Source: Tepidisphaera sp.
GTDB taxonomy: Bacteria > Planctomycetota > Phycisphaerae > Phycisphaerales > UBA1924
DNA: 64,000 bases
Assembly: GCA_050916045.1 (NCBI GenBank)
Contig: CP051526.1
Coordinates: forward strand, 160,001-224,000
Reading direction: 5' to 3'
Shown here piece after piece: positions 48,664 through 58,814 of the stretch. Both the position numbers and the translations under genes were made by a program. Numbering within the stretch: position 1 is the first letter of the stretch; each line of letters opens with the position of its first letter. The notes beneath the pieces are model-generated. The model saw nothing but the letters and a program-made list of their open reading frames with translations, had not been told where the DNA came from and ran no database searches.

Positions 48664-50574
48664 ATGGATCGGCGTCTGCTGCAGTACTACGAGCGTGAAC
48701 TTCACCACGTGCGGGGCACGGCGGGAGAGTTCGCCCGCGAGTTTCCCAAGGTCGCAGGCCGTCTGGCGCTGGATGAGTTCGCGTGCGCCGACCCGTACGT
48801 CGAGCGTCTTCTCGAGGGTTTCGCGTTTCTCGCCGCCCGCGTGCAACTGAAGATCGACGCGGAGTTTCCCCGGTTCACGCAGGGCCTTCTCGAAACGGTC
48901 TTCCCGCACTACCTCGCGCCCATCCCCTCGATGGCGGTGGTGCAGTTCCAGCCGGACATGTCCGAAGCCGGCCTCGCCCAAGGCATCCGCGTCCCGCGGG
49001 GCACGGTGCTTCGCGGGGTGCACGCGCAGGGCACGGGCGACCGCACGCAGTGCGAGTATCGGACGGCGCACGAGCTTCGGCTTTATCCGATCCGCGTGAA
49101 GGACGCGAGGTACTTCGCTCGCGACATGGGCGTGCTCGAGGTGCCCCCCGCGGCGATGACAGGCCGCGACGCGGCGAAATCCGCGATCCGGGTCACGCTC
49201 GAGTCATCCTCGGCCGTTCCATTCGGCAAGATGGACCTCGACGCGCTGACGTTCTTCCTCCGCGGCGAGGGAGCACATCCGCAGCGGCTTCTCGAAAAGC
49301 TCCTGGGTCACTGCCGGGGCGTTCTGGTTCGAGCGGCGTCAGCGAGCACCCGTGAGCGGAGCGAAACGTCGTGGACGATGATCGAGCCCGAGCGTCTCCG
49401 CCGCGTGGGCTTTGAGGAGCGGCAGGCTCTTCTGCCCTTCGACGCCCGCAGCTTTCAAGGCTATCGGCTGCTCGCGGAGTACTTCGCGTTCCCGCAGCGG
49501 TTCCAGTTCCTGGATGTCGGCGATCTGCGTCGGGCCGTCGCGGGGGTGAAGAGCAACCAGCTCGAGCTCGTCTTCCTTCTCGACGATGACGACATCGAGC
49601 TTGAGGGAGCGGTCGAGCCCACGAACTTCGAGCTTCATTGCACTCCCGCGGTCAACCTGTTCCCCAAGCGTGCCGACCGCATCCTCATCACGCAGAAGTC
49701 AAGCGAGTTTCACGTCATCGTCGACCGGACGCGTCCGACCGACTTTGAGGTCTATGGCATCACGAGCGTCACCGGGTTCGGCTCGCGCACCGGCGAGGAA
49801 ACGATCTTCAGGCCGCTCTTTTCCGTCAGCTCCGAGGATGACCAAGGTGCGAGCGGCGCCGCGTACTACATCGCGAGCCGCGTCCCCCGAGTGCTTAGCG
49901 CCCGCGAGCGCGAACGCGGCGCCCGCTCGAGCTACGCCGGCAGCGAGGTCTCCCTGTCGATCGTCGATGGCAACGCGGTGCCCTACAGCGTCGATCTCAA
50001 GCAGCTTGGCGTGGAGGTGATGTGCACCAACCGCGACCTGCCGCTTCAGATGCCCCTGGGCAAGGGGCGGACCGACTTCACGCTCGAGATCGGCCTGCCG
50101 GTCACGGCGACGCGGGTGGTCGCGGGCCCGACGCGTCCGCGTGCGAGCGTGGCCGAGGGAGAGACGGCGTGGCGGCTCATCAGCCACCAGTCGCTGAACT
50201 ACCTGTCGCTTCTGGACACCGACGAGCGCGGCGGGGCGGCGGCCCTTCGCGATCTGCTCGCGCTGTACGCCGACCAGACCGACACCGTGCTTCGCAAGCA
50301 GGTCGACGGGGTGCGGAGCGTGGTCGCCAAGCCGGTGATGCGTCGGGTGCCGACGCCGGGGCCGATCAGCTTTGCCCGCGGGCTTGAGGTCACGGTGACG
50401 CTTGAGGAACGCGGGTTTGAAGGGACGGGCGTGTTCGTCTTCGGAGCCGTGCTGGAGCAGTTCCTGGCGCGGTACGTGGGGATCAACAGCTTCACGGAGA
50501 TGGTGGTTCGGACGGTGGAACGCGGAGAGGTGATGCGATGGCCGGTCAGGATCGGTCGACGCCCGACGGTGTGA
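48664..50574 (+). CDS. tssF: T6SS baseplate TssF
   Basis: YYEREL, DPYVERLLEGFAFL, GYRLLAEYFAFP, CTNRDLP, WRLISH. Confidence 0.95.
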   Translation: MDRRLLQYYERELHHVRGTAGEFAREFPKVAGRLALDEFACADPYVERLLEGFAFLAARVQLKIDAEFPRFTQGLLETVFPHYLAPIPSMAVVQFQPDMSEAGLAQGIRVPRGTVLRGVHAQGTGDRTQCEYRTAHELRLYPIRVKDARYFARDMGVLEVPPAAMTGRDAAKSAIRVTLESSSAVPFGKMDLDALTFFLRGEGAHPQRLLEKLLGHCRGVLVRAASASTRERSETSWTMIEPERLRRVGFEERQALLPFDARSFQGYRLLAEYFAFPQRFQFLDVGDLRRAVAGVKSNQLELVFLLDDDDIELEGAVEPTNFELHCTPAVNLFPKRADRILITQKSSEFHVIVDRTRPTDFEVYGITSVTGFGSRTGEETIFRPLFSVSSEDDQGASGAAYYIASRVPRVLSARERERGARSSYAGSEVSLSIVDGNAVPYSVDLKQLGVEVMCTNRDLPLQMPLGKGRTDFTLEIGLPVTATRVVAGPTRPRASVAEGETAWRLISHQSLNYLSLLDTDERGGAAALRDLLALYADQTDTVLRKQVDGVRSVVAKPVMRRVPTPGPISFARGLEVTVTLEERGFEGTGVFVFGAVLEQFLARYVGINSFTEMVVRTVERGEVMRWPVRIGRRPTV

Positions 50575-51725
50575 AGGGCGCGGCTTCCAAGTCGGATGAT
50601 CTGTCGTCGCTCATGGAAAAGAGCGGGGAGTCGTCGCGCGACCATGAGATCGACCACCACAAGCGTGCCCGGGCTCAGGCCGAGGGCGACCTTCTCGACC
50701 TGCTCAGGCGCGTGGGGGAGACGCCGTGGGAGTTTGATTTTTTCGAACTGATGCGCCGCGTGGAGGCGCTCGCGGCCGTGGCGCAGGGCGCGCCGGGGCT
50801 TGGCAGGTCGTCCCGTTCGCGTGAGGATCCGGTCCGATTCGGGCAGGATCCGTCCCTCGCGTTCGCACCACGGGCGATCTCGAGCGCCAAGACGAGAGCG
50901 GGCATCACGCGGGTCGCGGTGAACTTCATGGGGCTGCTGGGGCCTCAGGGCCCGATGCCGCTCCACTTCGCGGATTACGTCCGGTCCCGCGAGCTTCATC
51001 ATCAGGATCCGACCTGGGCGAGGTTTCTGGACGTCTTCAACAACCGGATGGTCGCGCTGTTGTACCGCGCGTGGGCGATGAACCGCCCGATGGTCTCCCG
51101 GGATGCGACCGCCAACGGGCAGATCGATCGTGACCGGTTCGCCGCGTATGTCGGCAGCTTTTTCGGTCTCGGAACGCCCAGCGTGTGGAACCGCGACGCG
51201 GTCGCCGATGACGCCAAGCGTTTCTTCGCCGGCCGGCTTGCGAACCAGACGCGGAGCCCCGAAGCTCTGGCTTCGATTTTGCGAGAGTTCTTCGGCGCGC
51301 CGGTCGAGATCGAGGAGTTCGTCGGCCGCTGGAGCGAGCTTCCCGAACAGTACCTGACTCGGCTTGGCCGCAAGGGCGTCTCGACCATCGCGTGCGGCTC
51401 CGGCGGGCGAGCGGCCGGCACGGCGATCCTCGGCGGACGCGTCTGGGAGTGTCAGAGCACGGTGCGGATCACCATCGGACCGCTGCCGTGGAAAGCCTAC
51501 GAACAGATTCTCCCGGGGAGCAAGGGGTACGAGCAACTGGTCTCGTGGATCTCGATGTTCGGCGGGATCGAACTCGGCTGGGAGGTCGTGCTGGTGCTCG
51601 ACCGGCGCGAGGTGCCGCTCCCGCGGCTCGGCGGCGGTGGCGGCGTGAGGCTCGGTTACAGTGCGTGGATGTCCAGGACCAAGCCGGAGCAGGACCCGGC
51701 GGATGTAGTGCTCCGCAGCCGCTAA
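50538..51725 (+). CDS. tssG: T6SS baseplate TssG (start uncertain)
   Basis: FDFFELMR, GLLGPQGPMP, FLDVFNNR, YRAW. Confidence 0.92.
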   Translation: MAGQDRSTPDGVKGAASKSDDLSSLMEKSGESSRDHEIDHHKRARAQAEGDLLDLLRRVGETPWEFDFFELMRRVEALAAVAQGAPGLGRSSRSREDPVRFGQDPSLAFAPRAISSAKTRAGITRVAVNFMGLLGPQGPMPLHFADYVRSRELHHQDPTWARFLDVFNNRMVALLYRAWAMNRPMVSRDATANGQIDRDRFAAYVGSFFGLGTPSVWNRDAVADDAKRFFAGRLANQTRSPEALASILREFFGAPVEIEEFVGRWSELPEQYLTRLGRKGVSTIACGSGGRAAGTAILGGRVWECQSTVRITIGPLPWKAYEQILPGSKGYEQLVSWISMFGGIELGWEVVLVLDRREVPLPRLGGGGGVRLGYSAWMSRTKPEQDPADVVLRSR

Positions 51726-51752
51726 AGCGGCGAGCGAAAGGTTGAGACGAAT

Positions 51753-54467
51753 ATGGGTGATATCAGCAGAACGGCGCTCTTCGGCAAACTCAACAACCTC
51801 GGGTACAAAGCTCTCGAAGGCTCGACCGTCTTCGCCAAGCTCCGCGGCAATCCGTACGTCGAACTCACGCACTGGCTCCACCAGATCGTGCAGAACCAGG
51901 ACAGCGATCTGCATCGCATCGTCCGCCGGTTCGAGATCAATCCGAGCAAGCTCGCGGCGGACATGCAGACGGCGCTCGATCGGATGGCTCGCGGCTCGGA
52001 CGGCATCCGCGACATCTCGATGACGCTCCAGGACAGCGTCGAGAAGGGCTGGCTCTACGCTTCGCTCCAGTTCCGCGAGTTCCAGGTGCGAACGGGCCAC
52101 GTGATCTACGCGTGCCGCAAGACGCCCGAGCTTGAGAAAGCCCTCTTTGCCGTCAGCCGCGAGTTCGAGAAGTTCAACGCCGACGTCTTCGCCAAGGACT
52201 ATCTCAAGATCGTCGGCGAATCCCCCGAGCATGGCATGTCGGCGAGCGATGGCACCGGCGTCGGGGCCGGCGCGGGTGGCGGACCGGGCGAAGCAAGCGG
52301 CGCGATGGCTCCCGCCGTCATGGGCAAACAGGAAGCCCTCGAGAAGTACACCAAGGACCTCACCGAAGCCGCTCGCAAGGGCGAGATCGACCCCATCGTC
52401 GGCCGCGACGATGAGATTCGCCAGTGCGTCGACATCCTCATGCGCCGCCGCCAGAACAATCCGATCCTCGTCGGTGAGCCCGGCGTTGGCAAGACCGCGG
52501 TGGTGGAGGGGTTCGCGGGCCGCATCGCACGTGGCGACGTTCCGCCTGCGCTCAAGGATGTCTCCGTCCGCGAGCTTCGCATGTCCGACCTTCAGGCCGG
52601 CGCGAGCATGAAAGGCGAGTTCGAGAATCGCCTCAAGCAGGTCATCGAGGAGGTCCAGCAGAGCCCCAAGCCGATCATCCTCTTCATCGACGAAGCCCAC
52701 ACGCTCATCGGCGCCGGCGGTGCCGCCGGCCAGAACGATGCCGCCAACCTTCTCAAGCCCGCCCTTGCCCGAGGCACGCTCCGAACCATCGCGGCGACCA
52801 CCTGGGCCGAGTACAAGAAGTACTTCGAGAAGGACGCTGCGCTCACCCGCCGATTCCAGACCGTCAAGGTCGATGAGCCCGACGAGAAGAAAGCCATCCT
52901 CATGATGCGCGGCGTCACCGGCATGTTCGAGAAGCACCATCGCGTGCACATCCTCGATGAAGCCCTCGAATCCGCCGTCAAGCTCAGCTACCGGTATATC
53001 CCCGCCCGCCAGCTTCCCGACAAGAGCGTCAGCCTGATCGACACCGCCGCCGCCCGCGTCGCCGTCAGCCAGCACGCCGTCCCCGCCGAGCTCGACGACT
53101 GCATCAAGCGGATCGAAAGCCTCGAGGTCGAGCAGTCCATCATCGAGAAGGAAGCCGTCATCGGCCTCGAACACGGCGAACGCAAAGCCGAGATCGACGC
53201 CGAACTCGTCAAGGAACGCCAACGCCGCGCCGATCTCGACGAACGTTGGAAGAAAGAGAAGGCTCTCGTCCAATCCATCATCGCCGCTCAGAAGAAGCTC
53301 AAGGGTGAGGATGCTCTCCAAGCCGCGGGCCAACTCGCGCCCGGAGCCGAGAAAGCCGCTCCGCTCACCGATGCCGAACGTGCCACGCTTGTCGCCGAGC
53401 TCGCCAAGCTCAAGGGCGAACTTACCACGCTGCAGGGCGAAAGTCCGTTGATCCTGCCGAACGTCGACGCGCAGGCGATCGCCGCCGTCGTCGCGGACTG
53501 GACCGGCGTCCCCGTTGGCAAGATGGTCAAGGACGAGATGCAGTCGGTGATGAAGCTCGCGGACACGCTCAGCGAGCGCGTGATCGGCCAGCGCCACGGC
53601 CTTGAGACCATCGCGAACACGATCCGCCTCAGCCGCACCGGCCTCAACAACCCCACACGGCCCATCGGCGTGTTCATGCTGGTCGGGACGAGCGGCGTCG
53701 GAAAGACCGAGACCGCGCTCGCCCTCGCCGACACGCTTTACGGCGGTGAGGACAACCTCATCACGATCAACATGAGCGAGTTCCAGGAAGCCCACACAGT
53801 CTCGACGCTCAAGGGCGCCCCCCCCGGGTACGTCGGGTACGGCGAGGGCGGCGTGCTGACCGAAGCCGTGCGCCGCCGGCCCTACTCGGTCGTCCTGCTC
53901 GACGAAGTCGAGAAAGCCCACCCCGACGTCCATGAGATCTTCTTCCAGGTCTTCGACAAGGGCATCATGGAGGACGGCGAGGGCCGCGTGATCGACTTCA
54001 AGAACACGATCATCCTCCTCACCAGCAACGCCGGCAGCGACCTGCTGATGAGCATGTGCAAGGACCCGACCCTCATGCCGTCGGTCGAGGGCCTGCAGAA
54101 AGCGATGCGCGAGCCGTTGCTCAAGGTCTTCCCCGCCGCACTTCTCGGACGTCTGGTCGTCGTTCCCTACTACCCCATCTCCGACGAGATGCTGACCGCG
54201 ATCATCAAACTCCAGCTCCGCAAGATCCAGAAACGCGTCGCGACCAACCACAAAGCCGAGCTCACCTACTCCGACGAGGTCGTCCGCCTCGTCGCCGAAC
54301 GCTGCACCGAGGTCGAAAGCGGAGCCCGCGCGGTCGACGCGATCCTCACCCAGAAAATGCTCCCGGAGATGAGCCGCGAGTTCCTCAACCGCATGATCGA
54401 AGGCCGGGCGATCAGCAAGGTGCGGATCGGGGTCAAGGATTCGGAGTTCGTGTACTCCTTCGACTGA
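51753..54467 (+). CDS. tssH: T6SS AAA+ ATPase ClpV (TssH)
   Basis: GEPGVGKT and GTSGVGKT Walker A motifs, RRRQNNPIL, LDEVEKAH. Confidence 0.95.
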   Translation: MGDISRTALFGKLNNLGYKALEGSTVFAKLRGNPYVELTHWLHQIVQNQDSDLHRIVRRFEINPSKLAADMQTALDRMARGSDGIRDISMTLQDSVEKGWLYASLQFREFQVRTGHVIYACRKTPELEKALFAVSREFEKFNADVFAKDYLKIVGESPEHGMSASDGTGVGAGAGGGPGEASGAMAPAVMGKQEALEKYTKDLTEAARKGEIDPIVGRDDEIRQCVDILMRRRQNNPILVGEPGVGKTAVVEGFAGRIARGDVPPALKDVSVRELRMSDLQAGASMKGEFENRLKQVIEEVQQSPKPIILFIDEAHTLIGAGGAAGQNDAANLLKPALARGTLRTIAATTWAEYKKYFEKDAALTRRFQTVKVDEPDEKKAILMMRGVTGMFEKHHRVHILDEALESAVKLSYRYIPARQLPDKSVSLIDTAAARVAVSQHAVPAELDDCIKRIESLEVEQSIIEKEAVIGLEHGERKAEIDAELVKERQRRADLDERWKKEKALVQSIIAAQKKLKGEDALQAAGQLAPGAEKAAPLTDAERATLVAELAKLKGELTTLQGESPLILPNVDAQAIAAVVADWTGVPVGKMVKDEMQSVMKLADTLSERVIGQRHGLETIANTIRLSRTGLNNPTRPIGVFMLVGTSGVGKTETALALADTLYGGEDNLITINMSEFQEAHTVSTLKGAPPGYVGYGEGGVLTEAVRRRPYSVVLLDEVEKAHPDVHEIFFQVFDKGIMEDGEGRVIDFKNTIILLTSNAGSDLLMSMCKDPTLMPSVEGLQKAMREPLLKVFPAALLGRLVVVPYYPISDEMLTAIIKLQLRKIQKRVATNHKAELTYSDEVVRLVAERCTEVESGARAVDAILTQKMLPEMSREFLNRMIEGRAISKVRIGVKDSEFVYSFD

Positions 54468-54618
54468 CCCCGTCTCCGTCCGGCGCAGGGCTTCGGGCGG
54501 AGGTCCTATCTTGGGTTGGTGTCGGTCGGAAGGTTGGTGCGATGGTGTTCCAGGGGTCCGGACCGACGAAGGTCGGTCGATGTACGGTCCCCGTTGGCTC
54601 GACAGAGCGGAGTGATTC

Positions 54619-56688
54619 ATGCCACGAACGCAAGCGAATCGATTTGTGGCCATCAAGACGGCGCTGGACGCCGATGTGCTTCTCATCCGGTCCATGTCCG
54701 TCACGGAGGAGCTTGGCAAGCCCTTCGAGATCACCGCGGAGCTTCTCAGCGAGGACCGCCAGATCGACTTCAACCTCGTCATCGCCAAGCCCTGTGCGAT
54801 CCGGATGGAACTCGGCAATGGACAGACGCGCTATTTCCACGGCATCGTCGCGGAGTTCAGCCAGGGCGGGCTTGTGGGTGAACTTGCGTCATACCGCGCG
54901 GTGATCGTCCCCTGGACCTGGCTTCTCACCAAGACCTCGCATTGCCGCACGTTCCAGGAGATCAAGCGGCCCGATGTCGTCCAGAACGTCCTCAAGGAAC
55001 AGGGCTCGGACATTGAGCTTCGCCTCTCGGAGACGTACGAGAAGTCCGAGTTCATCGTCCAGTATCGCGAGACGAACCACAACTTCGTCAGTCGCCTCCT
55101 TGAGCACGAGGGCATCAGCTACTTCTTCACCCACACCGACACCAAGCACACGATCGTCCTCGCCGACAGCCCCGCCGCGTACGAGCCTTTCGAGGGGTAT
55201 GAGAAGATCCGCTTCTCTTCGGAGGGATTCGATCGCGCCGATGAGCAGCAGGGCATCCGCACGCTCAGCATCAAGCAGGTCGTCACTCCGGCTCGTGTGA
55301 CTCTCAAGGACTTTGACCCCTTGGTGCCGAAGAAGGATCTGACCAAGCGGCGCGAGAAGGGTTGGGACCAAACCGCCGTCGGCGAGATCTTCGACTTTCC
55401 GGGCGAGTACACGGTCGCCAGCGAGGGCGAAGCGGTTGCACAGCGGCGGCTTCAGGAACTCCAGACCGCCCGCCATGTCATCTCCGGTACCGGCAACGCC
55501 CGGGGCATCGCGGTCGGACACACGTTCGAGATCGAAGCTCCGCCGCGTGAGGATCTCGCGGGCAAGAAATGGCTCGTCACCAACGCCAGCTACGAGATCA
55601 TCGTCGACGACTACGGGGCCGCCAAGGGCGGGTCCGGCGGCGCCTCCTTCTCAGTCTCGTTCTCTGCGATCGAGTCCTCTGTGCCTTTCAGGCCCGAACG
55701 CGTCACGCCAAGCCCGATCATCTCCGGACCTCAAACCGCGATCGTCGTCGGACGAAACGGCGAAGAGATTACCACCGATGAGCACGGTCGCGTCAAGGTG
55801 CTCTTCCATTGGGACCGGTTCGCCTCGGGCGACGAAAACTCTTCGTGCTGGGTCCGTGTTTCCCAAGCCTGGGCCGGGAAGTCCTGGGGTGCGATGTTCC
55901 TGCCGAGGCACGGTCACGAAGTGATCGTCGAGTTTATCGAGGGCGACCCCGACCGCCCGATCATCACCGGGCGGGTCTACAACGGGGACAACGCGCCGCC
56001 CTGGGAGTTGCCAGCAAAGAAGGAGATTTCCGGCTTCTTCTCCAACTCGAGCAAGGGCGGCGAAGGCGCGAACAAGATTCTCATTGACGATACGAAAGGG
56101 GCCGAACGCCTCGGACTTCGTGCTGAAAAGGACATGATGATCCAGGTGCTCAACAACAGGCACGCTGGCATCGCGGAGTACGACGACCTGACTGCCAAGA
56201 ACGTGCGATGGCTGATCAAAGACACACTTCAGTTCGAGATCAACAAGGACGAGGTTCGTCTGATCCACGGAGAGTGCGGGTTCGCGATCGACAAAGACTA
56301 CAAGGGCTGGGTCGACGGCAAGCAATCCATGACGGTCAAAGGCGACGTCGCGATCAAGAGTGAGAAGAACCACGCGATCGAGGTCGCCGAGCAGTTTCAC
56401 GTGAAAGCCAAGGAGATCATTCTCGAAGCCTCCGCCAACCTCACCATCAAGGTTGGCTCGACCACCATCGCCATCGAGCCCGGAGGCGTCGCCATCGACG
56501 CCAAGGGCGATGTCACCGTCAAGACTTCCGGGAACTGCAAGGTGGAAGCAACCCAGAACGTCGAAGTCAAAGGCACAGCCGCGTTCAAGGCCGAGGGCGC
56601 CGAGGCTTCCGTCAAGGGCACCGGCAAAGCGTCGCTCGAAGCGTCCGGCCAGACCGTCGTCAAGGGCGGCATGGTGATGATCAACTAG
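54619..56688 (+). CDS. vgrG: T6SS spike VgrG (TssI)
   Basis: QYRET, GPQTAIVVG, DEHGRVKV, SCWVRVSQ, GDPDRP; ends GGMVMIN. Confidence 0.95.
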   Translation: MPRTQANRFVAIKTALDADVLLIRSMSVTEELGKPFEITAELLSEDRQIDFNLVIAKPCAIRMELGNGQTRYFHGIVAEFSQGGLVGELASYRAVIVPWTWLLTKTSHCRTFQEIKRPDVVQNVLKEQGSDIELRLSETYEKSEFIVQYRETNHNFVSRLLEHEGISYFFTHTDTKHTIVLADSPAAYEPFEGYEKIRFSSEGFDRADEQQGIRTLSIKQVVTPARVTLKDFDPLVPKKDLTKRREKGWDQTAVGEIFDFPGEYTVASEGEAVAQRRLQELQTARHVISGTGNARGIAVGHTFEIEAPPREDLAGKKWLVTNASYEIIVDDYGAAKGGSGGASFSVSFSAIESSVPFRPERVTPSPIISGPQTAIVVGRNGEEITTDEHGRVKVLFHWDRFASGDENSSCWVRVSQAWAGKSWGAMFLPRHGHEVIVEFIEGDPDRPIITGRVYNGDNAPPWELPAKKEISGFFSNSSKGGEGANKILIDDTKGAERLGLRAEKDMMIQVLNNRHAGIAEYDDLTAKNVRWLIKDTLQFEINKDEVRLIHGECGFAIDKDYKGWVDGKQSMTVKGDVAIKSEKNHAIEVAEQFHVKAKEIILEASANLTIKVGSTTIAIEPGGVAIDAKGDVTVKTSGNCKVEATQNVEVKGTAAFKAEGAEASVKGTGKASLEASGQTVVKGGMVMIN

Positions 56689-56710
56689 TTCCAGAACAGG
56701 GAGATTCGCC

Positions 56711-58039
56711 ATGGGAGCAAGCCCACGATCAGGAAAGGGAGCCTCGCCCGACGCGCCGGCCGCTCCCGCTGCGCCAGAGGAGCGCGAGCTTGACGGCTCC
56801 GGCGAGGTCTCCGAAGCCGCCGCAAACCCCGCTACGCTCGAAACCGGCGAGGTCGGCGCGGAAACCGTCGAGCCCCTTCCCCCGCCGGAAGAACCCGCCG
56901 CCGAGGAAGAGCCGCCCATCCCCACGCTCACCGTGCGGTGGAGCAAAGCCCGCGTCCCCCCGGTCTACAACAAGAACTTCCGCCCCACGACTCCGCCCAC
57001 CGACGAGATCCCCGATGAGTGCAAGGTCGAGATGATCGCGGACACCACCGACGTCCCCGACGGAACGACCGCATCCATCCAGGTCTATCAGTGCTGGTTC
57101 GACTACTCCGTCCCGGGCGCCTCGTTCCCCGACCTTGAGGTCCGCGGCGGCCGCGTCATCGACCCCGCCACCGGTGAGCGGCCCATCATGACCTTCACCC
57201 ACGACAACTACATCTACCAGCCGTGGGACAAAGATGTCTACTACTTCCGCTGCAACGTCGACTTTGAAGGCTTGGAAGCCGACACCCCCAGCGACGCCGA
57301 CACCCAGGAAGCCCAGTGCCTCCGCGTCATGTGGTTCCACATGTGCGCGGCCGACTCGATCGCGGACACGCCCGCCGGCGGCGGACTCACCACCAACGCC
57401 GAAGCCAACGAGATCAAGGGCATTATGGATGCCAAGCAGCACCATAAAGCCGCCAAGCACGCGTTCAACGCCCGAAACCCCCCGACCAACATCTGGGGCT
57501 CCTGGATCCGCAACACCTACTGCTACCACCACGCCAGCCACGGCGACATCGTCGACCGCACCACCGGTGCACAGCTCAACGCCGGCGCCGCCAACCCGCC
57601 CCGCAATCGCGTCGGTAACTGGCGAAGCGTCATCATCATCGGCAGCAAAGCCATCGGCGACGCCGAAGTCAGCGACACCGATGCTTGCCCCAGCGTGCCC
57701 AAGTACCTTGCATACCTCGACACCTGCGTCGCGGGCTGGGAGCCGAGCTTCGCCCACGCGTGGATCTCGCGCGGCACCCAGAACGTCATCGCGTTCCGGA
57801 TGTACATCCCCGACGGCGACGCCCGCGCGATGGCCCGAAGGTTCCACCGCAAGTGGATCGGCACGCACAACGGCGACCCGTCCAAGATCAACGAGACGTT
57901 CTTCGAGATCGGGTCGCGGTACTACTGGACGATGCGGCCCGTGCTCTTCGGGATGAACGGCGGCGAGATCATCCGCGGCGGCAAAGACCCCAACGTGCTT
58001 GCCGGCGCCATCGCCGAGGAACTGGGAGTCGACTGGTGA
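56711..58039 (+). CDS. Candidate T6SS effector with C-terminal CHAT/caspase-like cysteine protease domain
   Basis: After vgrG; YHHASHG and LAYLDTC putative dyad motifs, then FAHAWISRGTQNVIAF...D.DARAMARRF. Confidence 0.6.
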   Translation: MGASPRSGKGASPDAPAAPAAPEERELDGSGEVSEAAANPATLETGEVGAETVEPLPPPEEPAAEEEPPIPTLTVRWSKARVPPVYNKNFRPTTPPTDEIPDECKVEMIADTTDVPDGTTASIQVYQCWFDYSVPGASFPDLEVRGGRVIDPATGERPIMTFTHDNYIYQPWDKDVYYFRCNVDFEGLEADTPSDADTQEAQCLRVMWFHMCAADSIADTPAGGGLTTNAEANEIKGIMDAKQHHKAAKHAFNARNPPTNIWGSWIRNTYCYHHASHGDIVDRTTGAQLNAGAANPPRNRVGNWRSVIIIGSKAIGDAEVSDTDACPSVPKYLAYLDTCVAGWEPSFAHAWISRGTQNVIAFRMYIPDGDARAMARRFHRKWIGTHNGDPSKINETFFEIGSRYYWTMRPVLFGMNGGEIIRGGKDPNVLAGAIAEELGVDW

Positions 58040-58518
58040 ACCACGATCTGATCAACGACCTCGAACTCCGCGGCAAAGCCGAGGCCGACTGCCGCGAAGC
58101 CGCCGCTCGCGTCTCGCCGAGCGAGTGCCGCGTCGACGTCGCCCTCGCCGCGACCGAGTGGGACCCCGACGACATGCGGTTCATCTTCGAGTTCGAAGCC
58201 AACCTCTGGCTCGCAGGCCCCGCTTTCGACGTCATCATCGACGACCTCGGACGCACCGTCGGCTACATCGACGAGAGCAAGTGGCGAGCGTGCTCGTGGA
58301 AGCCGCTGACCCGCGCTCGCGCCACCGAGATCGCCTCCGAGTCCGGATACGTCAGCAAAGCCGCCGCGATCATAGGGTTCGGCAAGGGCGAGAAGGGATG
58401 CCTCGAGGCACGGTTCCTCACCGACGCCCGCGACCCCGCTTCCAAGCGATACGTCGCCCGCATCAACCCCGTCCTAGAGAAGCTTATCTCGATCATGCCC
58501 GAGGAGGTCGAGCTGTGA
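58036..58518 (+). CDS. Candidate immunity protein 1 (PepSY-like)
   Basis: GTGA coupling; LTRARATEIA, YVARINPVLEKLI. Confidence 0.55.
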   Translation: MNHDLINDLELRGKAEADCREAAARVSPSECRVDVALAATEWDPDDMRFIFEFEANLWLAGPAFDVIIDDLGRTVGYIDESKWRACSWKPLTRARATEIASESGYVSKAAAIIGFGKGEKGCLEARFLTDARDPASKRYVARINPVLEKLISIMPEEVEL

Positions 58519-58814
58519 CACCACGCGAAGCATCATCCATCGCCGAAGCCAAGCGGCCCGCCCACGGCGTACCGCCCGCGGCCGAAGCCTGCCCGCCCGA
58601 GCAGCGCTGGATCGAGCTCGACTCCCGAGACAAGGACGGTCACCGCCTCGTTCGCGATGCGCTGGTCTGGGTGGTGCGGTTCGTGCTCCCCGGGGCCTGG
58701 ATCGATCTTCTGATCGCCGACAGCGGTGGCGCTGTCGTCCGCGTCGACAAGTCGCGCGGCTACGTCCTCACCTACGACCGCCCCGCCGACGATCAGCAGG
58801 AGGTCGCCCCATGA
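58515..58814 (+). CDS. Candidate immunity protein 2 (PepSY-like)
   Basis: GTGA coupling with GGAGG SD; TPREASSIA...WVVRF...LLIADSGGAVV. Confidence 0.55.
   Translation: MTPREASSIAEAKRPAHGVPPAAEACPPEQRWIELDSRDKDGHRLVRDALVWVVRFVLPGAWIDLLIADSGGAVVRVDKSRGYVLTYDRPADDQQEVAP

Noticed and set aside
56686..56711. Stop readthrough fusing VgrG to the effector
   Set aside because: The 22-nt gap is out of frame and the effector has its own SD
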